Source: Candidatus Acidiferrales bacterium (GTDB lineage: Bacteria > Acidobacteriota > Terriglobia > Acidiferrales > UBA7541). From it: DNA of 64,000 nt. A program made the translations under genes and the position numbers. The stretch's first letter is position 1. Every line of letters begins with the position of its first letter. Positions 44,057-53,787 of the stretch are shown here, one piece after another. Below the pieces are notes generated by a model, which saw nothing but the letters and a program-made list of their open reading frames with translations, did no database searches and had not been told where the DNA came from. Location of the stretch: contig DATEKA010000141.1 of NCBI GenBank assembly GCA_035277685.1, positions 2,280 to 66,279 on the forward strand. Reading direction: 5' to 3'.

Positions 44057-45817
44057 TCAATGGGTTACGTTGCCCCGGCTTTTGGCCAGTTCCAGTTGCA
44101 GAATCCTCTTCTGCCGGAGAAGCTCGCCAAGTTCGTTCCTCGGCGGTTGAAGCTGAATCCGGCGCTCTAAATCTTGAAGTTCGGAAGCGATTTTGCGGCT
44201 GCGTAACACCTCCAGGCAGCTTTCCGCGGTCTCCCAAGTCTGTTCCGGTGTGGATTCGAAAAGGACCTCGAATAGAATTTGACGATCCCGTTCTCCCAGG
44301 GCCGCCGCCAGCGATACCGGGTCCGCATCCTCCGACGCTTTGGCAACCAAGGATTCGAAAATCCGTTCCGTTTCGAGCCCCTGGTAAAGCGCGCCTGCTA
44401 TCAACTCGTTCGCCAGTTGCTGGCGAAAGCCGTTTCGTTCTGCCAGCATTCGAATCAACTGGCGTTCAGCCGGCTTCACGGCTGGGGCCAGTAGTTCCGC
44501 TTTCGGCTTCACTTCTCCGCGCCGATCGGCGGCCGCGCGTCGTAGCGCTTCCCGCAACACTGGCTCGTCCACCTTGAGTTCGGACGCGATCCGCGTCGCC
44601 CATTCGGATCGCACCAAACGGTTCGGCAATTTTTGGACGTAGGGCATCAGAAAGTTCAGCGCGGCAAGCCTTCCCTCCGCCGTGCTGCGATCCATCCGCC
44701 GTGCCCGCCCGATCAGATAATCAACATACGGAGGCGCTTGCGCCAGCGCTTTGCGATACGCTTCGGCGCCATCTTTCCGCAGGAACAGATCCGGGTCGGC
44801 GCCTCCTGGAAGTCGCAACACGCGAACGTCGAATTCCCTTTCCAGTAATAATCCAATCGAGCGCTCCGTCGCCGTTTGCCCGGCCGCGTCTGGGTCATAG
44901 TTCACGACCACCCGTCGCGTGAAGCGCGACAGCAGCTTGATCTGCGCCTCAGCCAGGCTCGTTCCGCAACTCGCAACCACGTTGGGAAAGCCTGCGCGCG
45001 CGACGGCGATCGCGTCCATGTAACCTTCGACCAGAATCCCGAAATCGCTTTGCCGCAGCGCCTCCTTCGCCTGATCAAGGTGATAAAGCACGTTGCTCTT
45101 CGAATAGATCGGGGTCTCGGGCGAGTTCAGATATTTCGGCATATCGTCGCCCATCGCGCGTCCGCCGAAGGCGATCACTTTTCCGGATTCGTTGGAGATC
45201 GGAAAAATGATGCGGCGGCGGAAGCGGTCGTACAGTCGCCCGCTCTGGTCGCGCACGAATAGGCCAGAAGCCTCCAGCAACTTGTCGGCGGCCTTCGGCC
45301 TGAGTCGGCGGAGCAGCGCATCCCCGGACGAAGGCGCGAAACCGAGGCCGAAGCGAATCAACGCCTCCCGATCAAGGCCTCGGTCCTCAAGGTAGGCCAG
45401 CCCCACCTTGCCCTCGGCGCTCTCGTGAAGGTGCTTTCCGAAGAACGCAGCGGCATCGCGATGCAGATCGATAAGCGCACTCCGCTGCTGATTCTCACGG
45501 CGCTCTTCTGGAGATCGTTCGCGAGGACGTGGAATCGGTATCCCGCATTTTTCCGCGACCGTGCGGACAGCTTCGGGAAAGCTGCACTTCTCGAGCTCCA
45601 TGACAAACTGGAAGACGTCTCCGCCAACCCCGCAGCCGAAGCAGTGGTATATTTGCTTCACCGGATGTACCGCGAATGAAGGCGTCTTTTCCGGATGGAA
45701 TGGGCACAATCCGGTGAAGTTGGCGCCGGTCTTCTTGAGGCGGACGTATTCGCCGACAACGCGGACAATGTCCGCCTGCTGTTTGACGCGTTCCGCGAAT
45801 GATCCGGCTTCAGCCAT
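44057..45817 (-). CDS. dnaG: DNA primase
   Basis: Has the zinc finger CPFHPEKTPSFAVHPVKQIYHCFGCGVGGD and the TOPRIM region ILVEGYMDAIAV...VVVNYDPDAAG. It lies immediately upstream of rpoD, as in the classical arrangement. Confidence 0.95.
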   Translation of the reverse strand: MAEAGSFAERVKQQADIVRVVGEYVRLKKTGANFTGLCPFHPEKTPSFAVHPVKQIYHCFGCGVGGDVFQFVMELEKCSFPEAVRTVAEKCGIPIPRPRERSPEERRENQQRSALIDLHRDAAAFFGKHLHESAEGKVGLAYLEDRGLDREALIRFGLGFAPSSGDALLRRLRPKAADKLLEASGLFVRDQSGRLYDRFRRRIIFPISNESGKVIAFGGRAMGDDMPKYLNSPETPIYSKSNVLYHLDQAKEALRQSDFGILVEGYMDAIAVARAGFPNVVASCGTSLAEAQIKLLSRFTRRVVVNYDPDAAGQTATERSIGLLLEREFDVRVLRLPGGADPDLFLRKDGAEAYRKALAQAPPYVDYLIGRARRMDRSTAEGRLAALNFLMPYVQKLPNRLVRSEWATRIASELKVDEPVLREALRRAAADRRGEVKPKAELLAPAVKPAERQLIRMLAERNGFRQQLANELIAGALYQGLETERIFESLVAKASEDADPVSLAAALGERDRQILFEVLFESTPEQTWETAESCLEVLRSRKIASELQDLERRIQLQPPRNELGELLRQKRILQLELAKSRGNVTH

Positions 45818-46096
45818 ATCGGTGCGATGCCGTTGAATTTAAAGGCGATTCGCGAGATTCAAAGGAGCCAGCTGCCCGAGTCAAGAGCGAATCAAAAGCG
45901 AATAAAAGAAGCAGCAAAGACATCAAGAATCTTGATATCAGCCCCCAAGGATACCCAACCCGTCCGCGCTGATCGCCACCCCGTCCGCCGTAGGCGCGTT
46001 CGGTGCGGCCCCGTTTGCGCCAGCAGGGTAACCAGCCGCCTGCGCCCGCGCCTTGTTCGACGCATCCGAGAGTGGAGCACGTTTAACACCTTGCGG

Positions 46097-48520
46097 TCAG
46101 CTTTTCAACTCCGCGACGGTAATGGCAGTGCCGCCGCGATCCTCGGCCTCGGCGTGAATGCGCTCGACGAGGGGATGCGCTGAAAGAAACTCAGCCAACC
46201 CGCGACGGAGCGCGCCGGTACCATGACCATGAATGATGCGCACGCTGGGTTTAGCGGAAAGAGCGGCTTGGTCGAGGAACTTGTCAACGCGCTCGGTGGC
46301 TTGTTCGACCGTGCAGCCGATTACATTTATTTCATCGGGAATGGTTGAACCCTCGCTGCCGGTATGGACGGTCACGGCGGGAGCTCTGGCTGCAGCAACC
46401 GCGGCCTGCACTCGCGAGCCTGCCGGGGGGACGGCGAAGCCGACGATATCCGGGAGCGGAACCTTCAGCCGCATGGGGCCCGCTTCGACTTCCGCATCGC
46501 GACCGTCATGACGACGGAAAATCAGGGGCTGCTTCCATCCCTTCACCATGACGTGCGCTCCAGGCGAGAGCGACTCCGCAGGTACGGGTCTGAGCGGCGC
46601 GTCCGCCTGGACACCGAGGTCTGGTTGTGATTCCGACAAGGTTTGGACGACCGCCGCATCGGCTTCGGCGCGAGCCTCGGATGCCAGCTTGGTCATGCGG
46701 CGGGAGCTTTGCTTTTCGATCTGGGCGCGGAGCGCACGATCTTTGACGCCGGAAGATAAACGAGCCACCTCGGCTTCGAGGCGTTTCAGAGTTTCCTGGA
46801 ATTCCCTCTCCAATTCAGCGATCCGTTTTTTCTGACGATCGATCCATTCCGTCTGCAGAGCGCGGCGTTCGGATTCGAGTTGAGCGAGCTCTTCGCGGGC
46901 CTGACGCTTGAGCGAGTCCATTTCGTCGCGGCCCCGATGAAGATAGGCGATGAGGTCGCGAGCCTCGCGCGATTCGGGAGAAAGGCTCGCGCGCGCATGG
47001 TCCACAACGCGAGAGGGCAAGCCGAGCCGGCGGGCAATTTCAATCCCGCTCGATGTTCCGGGGACGCCGACAAGGAGGCGATACGTGGGACGCAGATTCG
47101 TTTCGTCGAATTCCATAGCGCCGTTGATGATTCCCGGCGTGGTCGAGGCGTAGGCTTTCAGACGATCGTGATGCGTCGTAGCGAAAGTGAGTGCGCGGCG
47201 GCCTCGAAACTCTTCAAGGAGCGCGACGGCCAAGGCGGCACCCTCCTCCGGCGCCGTTCCCGTGCCCATTTCATCCACGAGGATTAACGAGCGGTCCGTC
47301 GCGAGTTCGAGCATCGCTTTGAGATTCAGCATGTGCGCGGAGAATGTGGATAGATCTGCCGCAATCGATTGCTCGTCTCCAATATCGGCGAGCACGAAGT
47401 CGAACAAAGGCAGTTCAGCGGTTTCGGCGGCGACGGGGATGGCGGATTGGGCGGAAAGCGCGGCCAGACCAACGGTTTTTAGGGAAACCGTCTTGCCGCC
47501 GGTGTTGGGTCCGCTGACCACCATCACGGTTTCGTCGCCGCCGAGCGCGAGGGAAAGAGGCACGGCCTTGCGGCCCTGGGGGCGAAGCGTGGCCTCAAGC
47601 ACCGGGTTGCGGGCAGACTCAAGCCTCAGGGAATTGCCTGACGAAAACCGAGGCGAGGCGCAGTCGAATTCCCGGGCGAAGCGGGCCCGAGCGAATATCG
47701 AATCAAGGTGCGCAATAGCCGCCGAGGACGTCTCGAGGGGGACGCGTTCGGCGCGGAGGCGTTCGGTCAATTCTTCAAGAATGCGAGCGATTTCCGCGAG
47801 CTCGTCTTCGCCCAGTTGGACGAGACGGTTATTCAGGTCAATGGTTTCGAGGGGTTCGACGAACACGGTCTGGCCGGTACCACTGGCGCCGTGAACCACG
47901 CCGGGGACGGAGCGGCGCTCCGACGCGCGGACTGGAATCACGAAGCGGTCATTGCGCAGCGTGACGTAGTCTTCGCCGGCAGGCTCGCCGCGGGCGCGAA
48001 GGATGGCTTCCAGAGAATGCCGGATTCTTTCGCGCGCCTGCGCGATTCCCGCACGAATGCGTTTGAGCTGAGGCGAGGCGTCGTCGCTGATTTCGCCGTT
48101 TGGCAGCACGGCGCGGCGAATCGCGATGGAAAGGTCTCGAAGGCCGGGAAGCGCGGATGTGCGTTCCGCGAGCAACGGGAATTTCGCGGCGATGCCTTTG
48201 AAGGCCTGGCGCAGTCCGGTGGCGGTCTCGATCAGAGAAACTGCATCGAGAAGTTCCGCGCTCGAGAGGACGGCGGAGGGGATGGCAAGCCGCGAGAGCC
48301 AGCCCTGCGGGTCGGCAAGCGCGCCAAATCCAAGCTCGGAACCGGAGCGCAGGTACTCGACGGCTTCACGGATCAGGGAAAACTCGGCGGCAAGAGCCTC
48401 GGGGTCCAGTTGCGGTTCGAGGGCTTGAATCACCCGGCGTCCTGGCGCACAAGTGGCGAAGCCGCCGACGATTTCTCTCAGCTTATCGAATTCGAGGACT
48501 TCCTGAGCAGGGCGAGACAT
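46097..48520 (-). CDS. mutS2: Endonuclease MutS2 (MutS ATPase plus C-terminal Smr domain)
   Basis: Shows the Walker A GPNTGGKTVSLKT, a long coiled coil, and the Smr motif RIIHGHGTGALRRGLAEFL. Confidence 0.93.
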   Translation of the reverse strand: MSRPAQEVLEFDKLREIVGGFATCAPGRRVIQALEPQLDPEALAAEFSLIREAVEYLRSGSELGFGALADPQGWLSRLAIPSAVLSSAELLDAVSLIETATGLRQAFKGIAAKFPLLAERTSALPGLRDLSIAIRRAVLPNGEISDDASPQLKRIRAGIAQARERIRHSLEAILRARGEPAGEDYVTLRNDRFVIPVRASERRSVPGVVHGASGTGQTVFVEPLETIDLNNRLVQLGEDELAEIARILEELTERLRAERVPLETSSAAIAHLDSIFARARFAREFDCASPRFSSGNSLRLESARNPVLEATLRPQGRKAVPLSLALGGDETVMVVSGPNTGGKTVSLKTVGLAALSAQSAIPVAAETAELPLFDFVLADIGDEQSIAADLSTFSAHMLNLKAMLELATDRSLILVDEMGTGTAPEEGAALAVALLEEFRGRRALTFATTHHDRLKAYASTTPGIINGAMEFDETNLRPTYRLLVGVPGTSSGIEIARRLGLPSRVVDHARASLSPESREARDLIAYLHRGRDEMDSLKRQAREELAQLESERRALQTEWIDRQKKRIAELEREFQETLKRLEAEVARLSSGVKDRALRAQIEKQSSRRMTKLASEARAEADAAVVQTLSESQPDLGVQADAPLRPVPAESLSPGAHVMVKGWKQPLIFRRHDGRDAEVEAGPMRLKVPLPDIVGFAVPPAGSRVQAAVAAARAPAVTVHTGSEGSTIPDEINVIGCTVEQATERVDKFLDQAALSAKPSVRIIHGHGTGALRRGLAEFLSAHPLVERIHAEAEDRGGTAITVAELKS

Positions 48521-48573
48521 GGAGTTCTCAACGGATTGTACTTTGATGCTTCGGAATCCGGAAATTAGCCGAT

Positions 48574-49161
48574 CTAGGCGTTCTTCTTCAGTTCTGCGAG
48601 GACAAGCTTGGCGACTTCCTTGAGAGTATCGAAGACTCCCTGCCCTTGCACGGCGACGGCCTCGAGGGCGGGCTCGCCTTTTACCGAAAGATGCTTTTTG
48701 AGGTCCTCGATTGGCAGAACGTTGGGCAGGTCACGCTTGTTGAGCTGCAGGACGTATGGGATCGTGTTGAAGTCGAGATTATGATCCCTCAGGTGCTCGC
48801 GCAGGTTGTCGAGCGTCTCGAGATTGGCGTCCATCCGTTCTTCCTGGGAATCGGCGACGAAAACCACCCCGTCGGCGCCCTTGAGGATGAGGCGGCGGCT
48901 GGCTTCGTAGAAGACCTGGCCGGGAACGGTATAAAGGTGAAAACGCGTCTTGAAACCGCGCACGGTGCCGAGGTCCAGCGGAAGAAAATCGAAGAACAGG
49001 GTGCGATCGGTTTCGGTGGCCAGCGAGACCATTTTCCCTTTTTGATTCGTGCCGGTGTGTTCGTAAATCCACTGCAAGTTCGCGGTTTTCCCGCCGAGTC
49101 CGGGACCATAGTAGACAAGTTTGCAGTTGATTTCCCGAGCGGGAAAATTGATAAAGGGCAC
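48574..49161 (-). CDS. mglA: MglA-family Ras-like small GTPase
   Basis: Over most of its length it reads like Myxococcus MglA, as I recall that sequence. Matching segments are [32 protein letters not shown]...[13 protein letters not shown]...[16 protein letters not shown]...[15 protein letters not shown]...LNKRDLP. GTG start with GAGGA upstream. Confidence 0.88.
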   Translation of the reverse strand: MPFINFPAREINCKLVYYGPGLGGKTANLQWIYEHTGTNQKGKMVSLATETDRTLFFDFLPLDLGTVRGFKTRFHLYTVPGQVFYEASRRLILKGADGVVFVADSQEERMDANLETLDNLREHLRDHNLDFNTIPYVLQLNKRDLPNVLPIEDLKKHLSVKGEPALEAVAVQGQGVFDTLKEVAKLVLAELKKNA

Positions 49162-49390
49162 AAATTCCTCAGCGAGTTGGCTAGCGGCTAGTTATAACAC
49201 ACGCATCTTGCACAGGCCAACGCAGCGCGGCACCCGTCGTGCTTAAGTAACAATCGCGACTAGCGCCTCGGCCCGAGGTTCGACGAACAGCGTCCAGCGG
49301 CCCGAGATGACTCAGACGGCTATTTCGGCAAAACAGGGATGGCTTTTTTTCGGGCAAAATTTCTCTCTTGACAGGCCGGAGGCGCTAATG

Positions 49391-49403
49391 CTACATATTG
49401 TAG
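49391..49403 (+). promoter_or_regulatory. Candidate BlaI/MecI-type operator (TACA/TGTA dyad) overlapping the blaI-like promoter
   Basis: CTACA-TAT-TGTAG is a perfect dyad 8 nt upstream of the ATG at 49411. TTGACA lies at 49368-49373. The geometry implies a very short or absent 5' leader. Confidence 0.45.
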
Positions 49404-49410
49404 CGTTACA

Positions 49411-49851
49411 ATGCATAGCGACAAACCAACGCGACCAAAAGGCCTGGGACAAGTCGAACAAATGGTTATGGACTTTGTCTGGGCGCATGGACCTTGTTCG
49501 GCGGAATCCTGCCGTGAGGCCCTGAAGCCGGCCCGGCCGCTTAAAGAATCGACGGTGCGAACCATTCTGCGGCGGCTGGAACAAAAGGGTTTCGTCACGC
49601 ACGACATCGAGGGGCGGACGTACATCTATCGAGCCGCAGAGGCGCGGCGCAACGTGGCCGTGCGCGCGGTGCGGAATATAATCGAGCGTTTCTGCGGGGG
49701 TTCGGCGGAAGAGCTCGTGATCGGGATGGTGGACAACGCAATGATCGGACGCGACCAGCTCGAACGGCTGGCGCGAAAGATCGCCCAGCAGAAGATCCAA
49801 GAGAAATCGGAAGCCGGAGTTCGGCCTTCGTCTCATACGAAAGAAGAATAG
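49411..49851 (+). CDS. BlaI/MecI/CopY-family transcriptional repressor
   Basis: Shows LGQVEQMVMDFVWAHGPCSAESCREAL...STVRTILRRLEQKGFVTHDIEGRTYIYRA. It is followed 3 nt later by an M56 protease gene. Confidence 0.9.
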   Translation: MHSDKPTRPKGLGQVEQMVMDFVWAHGPCSAESCREALKPARPLKESTVRTILRRLEQKGFVTHDIEGRTYIYRAAEARRNVAVRAVRNIIERFCGGSAEELVIGMVDNAMIGRDQLERLARKIAQQKIQEKSEAGVRPSSHTKEE

Positions 49852-49853
49852 TT

Positions 49854-52109
49854 ATGTGGACCGCCGCTCTTTCCGCGAGTAGCACGGTTCTGAGGTACGT
49901 GGCAGAACCTGCGGTTCGCTCGATCGTGCTGGCTTGCTTCGCGGCGGCCGCTATCATAGCGGTGCGAGTGCGAATCGTTTCTCTGAGGGTGACGGTCTGG
50001 CGAGGGGTGCTGGCGGCAGCTTTGGCGATGCCATTCCTCAGTTTAGTCTCGCCGCCGATTCGCGTTCCGGTGCCGCTTCCTAAAATCGGTTCGCACGCGG
50101 AGGCAGTAGCCGGGCCACCCGCGCCGCATGAATTCGCCCCGCAAGCCCGAACCGCCCCTGCTCTTCCACCGGCGAGCGAGCCGAATGGGGACCTTCGTTC
50201 CGAGCCAGCCGTTTCATCGTCTGCGGCGACCCGCCACTCCGGGCCAATTCCGTGGGCTTTGATTCTGGCGGCAACTTACCTGGCAGGCGCTTTCCTGCTG
50301 CTTGGGCGCATCTTGGCAGGGACCGTGATGGGGGCGCACATCGTGCGCGCGGCGAACGCGATCGGCGATGCTCGGGCAGTGGAGGAACTTGCAGCTTCGA
50401 CGCGCCACTCGGGATTGAAGAAGCAGCCCTTTCTCGGTGAATCCGCGGCGCTGGCAGTGCCAGTGACCATCGGCATAAAAAATCCCGCGATTCTGCTCCC
50501 GGCAACGTGGCGCAATTGGGACGAGGACAAACTCGGCGCCGTGCTCGCACACGAAGTTTGTCATGTGACCCGCCGCGATGCGCTGGTGCAACGACTAGCT
50601 TTGATTCATCGGGCTGCCTTCTGGTTCAGCCCGCTGGGCTGGTGGCTCGAGCGACACCTGGCGGATTTGGCGGAGCAGGCGTGCGATGAAGCGGCTCTAG
50701 CGAGCGGGGCGGAGCGATCGCGTTACGCGGAGACGCTTCTCGGTTTCTTTTCAGCTTTGGAGGACTCGCGCTCGCGCGTGTGGTGGGAGGGAGTTTCTAT
50801 GGCGAACTTCGGGCAGGCGGAAAAAAGAGTCGATCGAATTCTCGCGTGGAGGAGTGCAATGCCAAACCGGCTGAAGAAGTCCGTTCTCGTGGGTGTTGTG
50901 GCGCTTGCGGCTCCCGTGGTTGCGTTCACTGCATCCGTACATCCGCAGTTCTTCCAGTTTCCGGAATTGGCACAGGAGCCTGCGGTGCCGCAGGTTCCTT
51001 CCGCCCCGAGCGCACGTCCAGCGGTAGCTCGAGGCACTATGCCGCAATCGCCCGCAGCGACGCCGGAGCCCGCGGTAGCTCCGCTCACGCCCGTTGCGCC
51101 CGCTTCAGGTACGCCGGCGGCCGCTCCGGCTGCGCCCGTGGGCCCGTCAGAGCAGGCCGCGCCCGGAGCGCCCGCACTGCCTGGCCAGCCGAGCATGGGC
51201 GAGGCGCGAGAAGCGTTGTTGCGCGCCCGGAAATCGGTTGAAACGGCTTCGCGGCGGCTGGCCGCGGCGAAGGCGGGTTCGGCGAGTCGAGCGACCGAAG
51301 AGCAAGCAAGAGCCATCAGCAAAGCGATCGAGGCATACAAAGGCGCGATGGAGAAGTACAACAGCGCGATCGAGCGCTATCGAGCTTTTGCGGACGCGCA
51401 GGCAGCCGGCGGAATAGACGACGGTGTTCCGGGAGGCGTTAGCGGCGGAGTTCTTGGCGGAGTCACAGAGCGTTACGGCGACTCGGGACCGCGGTTCGTG
51501 ATCGTCACGAAGGACTCCGATTCGGTCATAATGTCGGGATCTTCAGAGGACGAGGATCACGCAAAAACGCTGCGAAGCAAGATTTCGGGAAATTTTATCT
51601 GGTTCGAGAAGGACGAAAAGCCATACGTGATCCGGGATCAGGCGACCGTGGACCGCGCCAGGAAGCTCTGGGAGCCGGAACAGGAGCTTGGCAAGAAACA
51701 GGAGGCGCTCGGGAGGCAGCAGGAGGCGCTCGGAAAACAGCAAGAGGAGCTCGGGGAAAGAATGGAACAGGTGCGGGTGAAGATTCCCGACCTCTCCGCG
51801 CAAATGGAAAAGCTTGAGGCTGAGATGAAGCAGCTCAGCGCGAAGGGCGGGACGGTGGAACAGATCGGCGATTTGCAGAGCCAGATCGGCGAACTACAAA
51901 GCCGAATCGGAGAAATTCAATCGGATGCTGGACGACAACAGGGTGAAGTCGGCAGGCAGCAGGGGGAACTTGGCCGCAAACAAGGCGAGCTCGGGCGGCA
52001 ACAGGGCGAACTCGGGCGACAGCAAGGAGAACTGGCGCGGCAGGCTTCGCGTGAAATGAAGAAGTTGCTCGATGATGCGGTCGCCAGCGGCATCGCAAAG
52101 CCTGAATGA
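49854..52109 (+). CDS. BlaR1-like M56 membrane metalloprotease with a non-canonical Pro/Ala-rich and coiled-coil C-terminal region
   Basis: It has an N-terminal TM helix region, then the HExxH in AVLAHEVCHVTRRDALV. After about residue 330 it turns into PAVPQVPSAPSARPA... low complexity. It then has heptad repeats (QQGELGR x5). I see no PBP-like sensor domain. Confidence 0.85.
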   Translation: MWTAALSASSTVLRYVAEPAVRSIVLACFAAAAIIAVRVRIVSLRVTVWRGVLAAALAMPFLSLVSPPIRVPVPLPKIGSHAEAVAGPPAPHEFAPQARTAPALPPASEPNGDLRSEPAVSSSAATRHSGPIPWALILAATYLAGAFLLLGRILAGTVMGAHIVRAANAIGDARAVEELAASTRHSGLKKQPFLGESAALAVPVTIGIKNPAILLPATWRNWDEDKLGAVLAHEVCHVTRRDALVQRLALIHRAAFWFSPLGWWLERHLADLAEQACDEAALASGAERSRYAETLLGFFSALEDSRSRVWWEGVSMANFGQAEKRVDRILAWRSAMPNRLKKSVLVGVVALAAPVVAFTASVHPQFFQFPELAQEPAVPQVPSAPSARPAVARGTMPQSPAATPEPAVAPLTPVAPASGTPAAAPAAPVGPSEQAAPGAPALPGQPSMGEAREALLRARKSVETASRRLAAAKAGSASRATEEQARAISKAIEAYKGAMEKYNSAIERYRAFADAQAAGGIDDGVPGGVSGGVLGGVTERYGDSGPRFVIVTKDSDSVIMSGSSEDEDHAKTLRSKISGNFIWFEKDEKPYVIRDQATVDRARKLWEPEQELGKKQEALGRQQEALGKQQEELGERMEQVRVKIPDLSAQMEKLEAEMKQLSAKGGTVEQIGDLQSQIGELQSRIGEIQSDAGRQQGEVGRQQGELGRKQGELGRQQGELGRQQGELARQASREMKKLLDDAVASGIAKPE
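51931..52035 (+). repeat. Five tandem 21-bp repeats encoding GRQQGE(L/V) heptads
   Basis: The units are ggacgacaacagggtgaagtc, ggcaggcagcagggggaactt, ggccgcaaacaaggcgagctc, gggcggcaacagggcgaactc and gggcgacagcaaggagaactg. More diverged IG(D/E)LQS(Q/R) heptads lie just upstream. Confidence 0.8.
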
Positions 52110-52259
52110 CGGGCCGTCCACCTGAAGACAACAACCGAGGGATCGAGCCAGCCTTTCCCGGCGTGCAAGTCCGAAGACTCGCTTGACGGGGGCAGACAGC
52201 AGTTGCTTGCGCATTCCGGGCGCGGCAATCGAGCGCGTTACTGGCGCCAGGCGGTTCGA

Positions 52260-53606
52260 CTATCCTCGCCGATCCAACGGGATGTAGCTGCGCAGGTCGT
52301 GGCCCAGATACACCTGGCGGGGCCGCGAAATCTTCTGCTCCGGGTCGAGCAGCAATTCCTCCCACTGCGCCACCCAGCCGGACGTTCGCGGAATCGCGAA
52401 CAGCACCGGAAACATGGTCATGGGAAAACCCATCGACTGGTAGATAAGGCCCGTATAGAAGTCCACATTGGGATAAAGTTTCCGGCTGACGAAGTAATCA
52501 TCTTCGAGGGCGATGCGTTCGCATTCGAGCGCGATGTCAATCAAGGGATTGCGCCCCATCACATCGAATACTTCATAGGCGATGCGCTTGACGATCTTGG
52601 CCCGAGGATCGTAATTCTTGTACACGCGATGACCGAAGCCCATTAACTTCTTTTCACCGGCTTTCACATTCTTGATGTAGGCCGCAACGTTATTCACGGA
52701 ACCGATTTCGAGAAGCATGCGCAGCACCGCTTCGTTGGCTCCTCCGTGAAGAGGCCCGTAGAGCGCGGCCGTGGCGGCAGCCGTGGCGGAGTAAGGATCG
52801 ACATGCGAGCTGCCGACTCCGCGCATGGCGGAAGACGAGCAGTTCTGCTCGTGGTCGGCGTGCAGAATAAAGAGAATGTCGAGGGCGTGTTCGAGCGTGG
52901 GATTCGGCCGATATTTGAGTTCGGTCGTGCGGAACAGCATGTTGAGGAAGTTTCCGCAGTAGCTCAGATCATTGTCCGGATAAGCGAACGGCATTCCAAG
53001 GCTATGCCGGTAGGCAAACGCCGCCAGCGTAGGCATCTTCCCGATCAGCCGGTATGTTTGCTTGCGCCGGGAGTCGGCGTTGAAGATGTCTTTGGCGTCC
53101 GGATAAAAGGTCGAAAGAGCAGCGACTGTTGAGATCAGCATGCCCATCGGATGGGCGTCGTAATGGAATCCGTCGAGAAACTTCTTGATGCTTTCGTGGA
53201 TAAACGTGTGATGGCTGACGTTGTAGGTCCATTCGGATAATTGCGAGGCGGAGGGCAGCTCGCCCTGCAAAATCAGGTAGGCTGTTTCGAGATAGCTGCT
53301 CTTCTCGGACAGTTCCTCGATGGAGTAGCCGCGATACCGGAGGATTCCCTTGTCGCCGTCAATGAAGGTGATCCGGCTGGTGCAGGCAGCGGTGTTGGTG
53401 AGAGCCGGATCATAACTCATCATCCCGAAATCGGCATCGTCCACTTTGATCTGACGCAAATCGAGCGCCCGGATGGTGTCGTGCGTTATGGGCAGTTCGT
53501 ACTGTCGTCCCGTGCGATTGTCGATGACGGTGAGAGAATCGCGCCGTGTTCCCGAAATTGGCTCGTTATTCACCAGCGAACTGGATTTCGTCGGGTTCAT
53601 CGACAC
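52260..53606 (-). CDS. gltA: Citrate synthase (type II, hexameric-type length)
   Basis: Shows ILHADHEQNCSSSAMR, GPLHGGANEAV and MGFGHRVYKNYDPRA. Confidence 0.95.
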   Translation of the reverse strand: MSMNPTKSSSLVNNEPISGTRRDSLTVIDNRTGRQYELPITHDTIRALDLRQIKVDDADFGMMSYDPALTNTAACTSRITFIDGDKGILRYRGYSIEELSEKSSYLETAYLILQGELPSASQLSEWTYNVSHHTFIHESIKKFLDGFHYDAHPMGMLISTVAALSTFYPDAKDIFNADSRRKQTYRLIGKMPTLAAFAYRHSLGMPFAYPDNDLSYCGNFLNMLFRTTELKYRPNPTLEHALDILFILHADHEQNCSSSAMRGVGSSHVDPYSATAAATAALYGPLHGGANEAVLRMLLEIGSVNNVAAYIKNVKAGEKKLMGFGHRVYKNYDPRAKIVKRIAYEVFDVMGRNPLIDIALECERIALEDDYFVSRKLYPNVDFYTGLIYQSMGFPMTMFPVLFAIPRTSGWVAQWEELLLDPEQKISRPRQVYLGHDLRSYIPLDRRG

Positions 53607-53787
53607 TCCTCTCCCGAAAAGCCCGCAAGCGCAGTGCTTTGATTACACTTAAGACTCTACACCAGTTGAAGGCGCGAACGGAAACGCGTTTCCGCAAGCG
53701 CGATTTGGCGACGCGGCGGAGTTCGTCGAAGATGACAGCGCAGTAGACGCGCGAACGCGAAGACGGCCAATCGGCGGGGTCGATCTG

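Noticed and set aside
45818-46096. Expected rpsU (S21) upstream of dnaG, as in the classical rpsU-dnaG-rpoD operon (e.g. ORF 45892..46089 -)
   Set aside because: None of the three minus-strand frames resembles ribosomal protein S21, and the 65-aa ORF is an Arg-rich artefact. The region is best left as intergenic.
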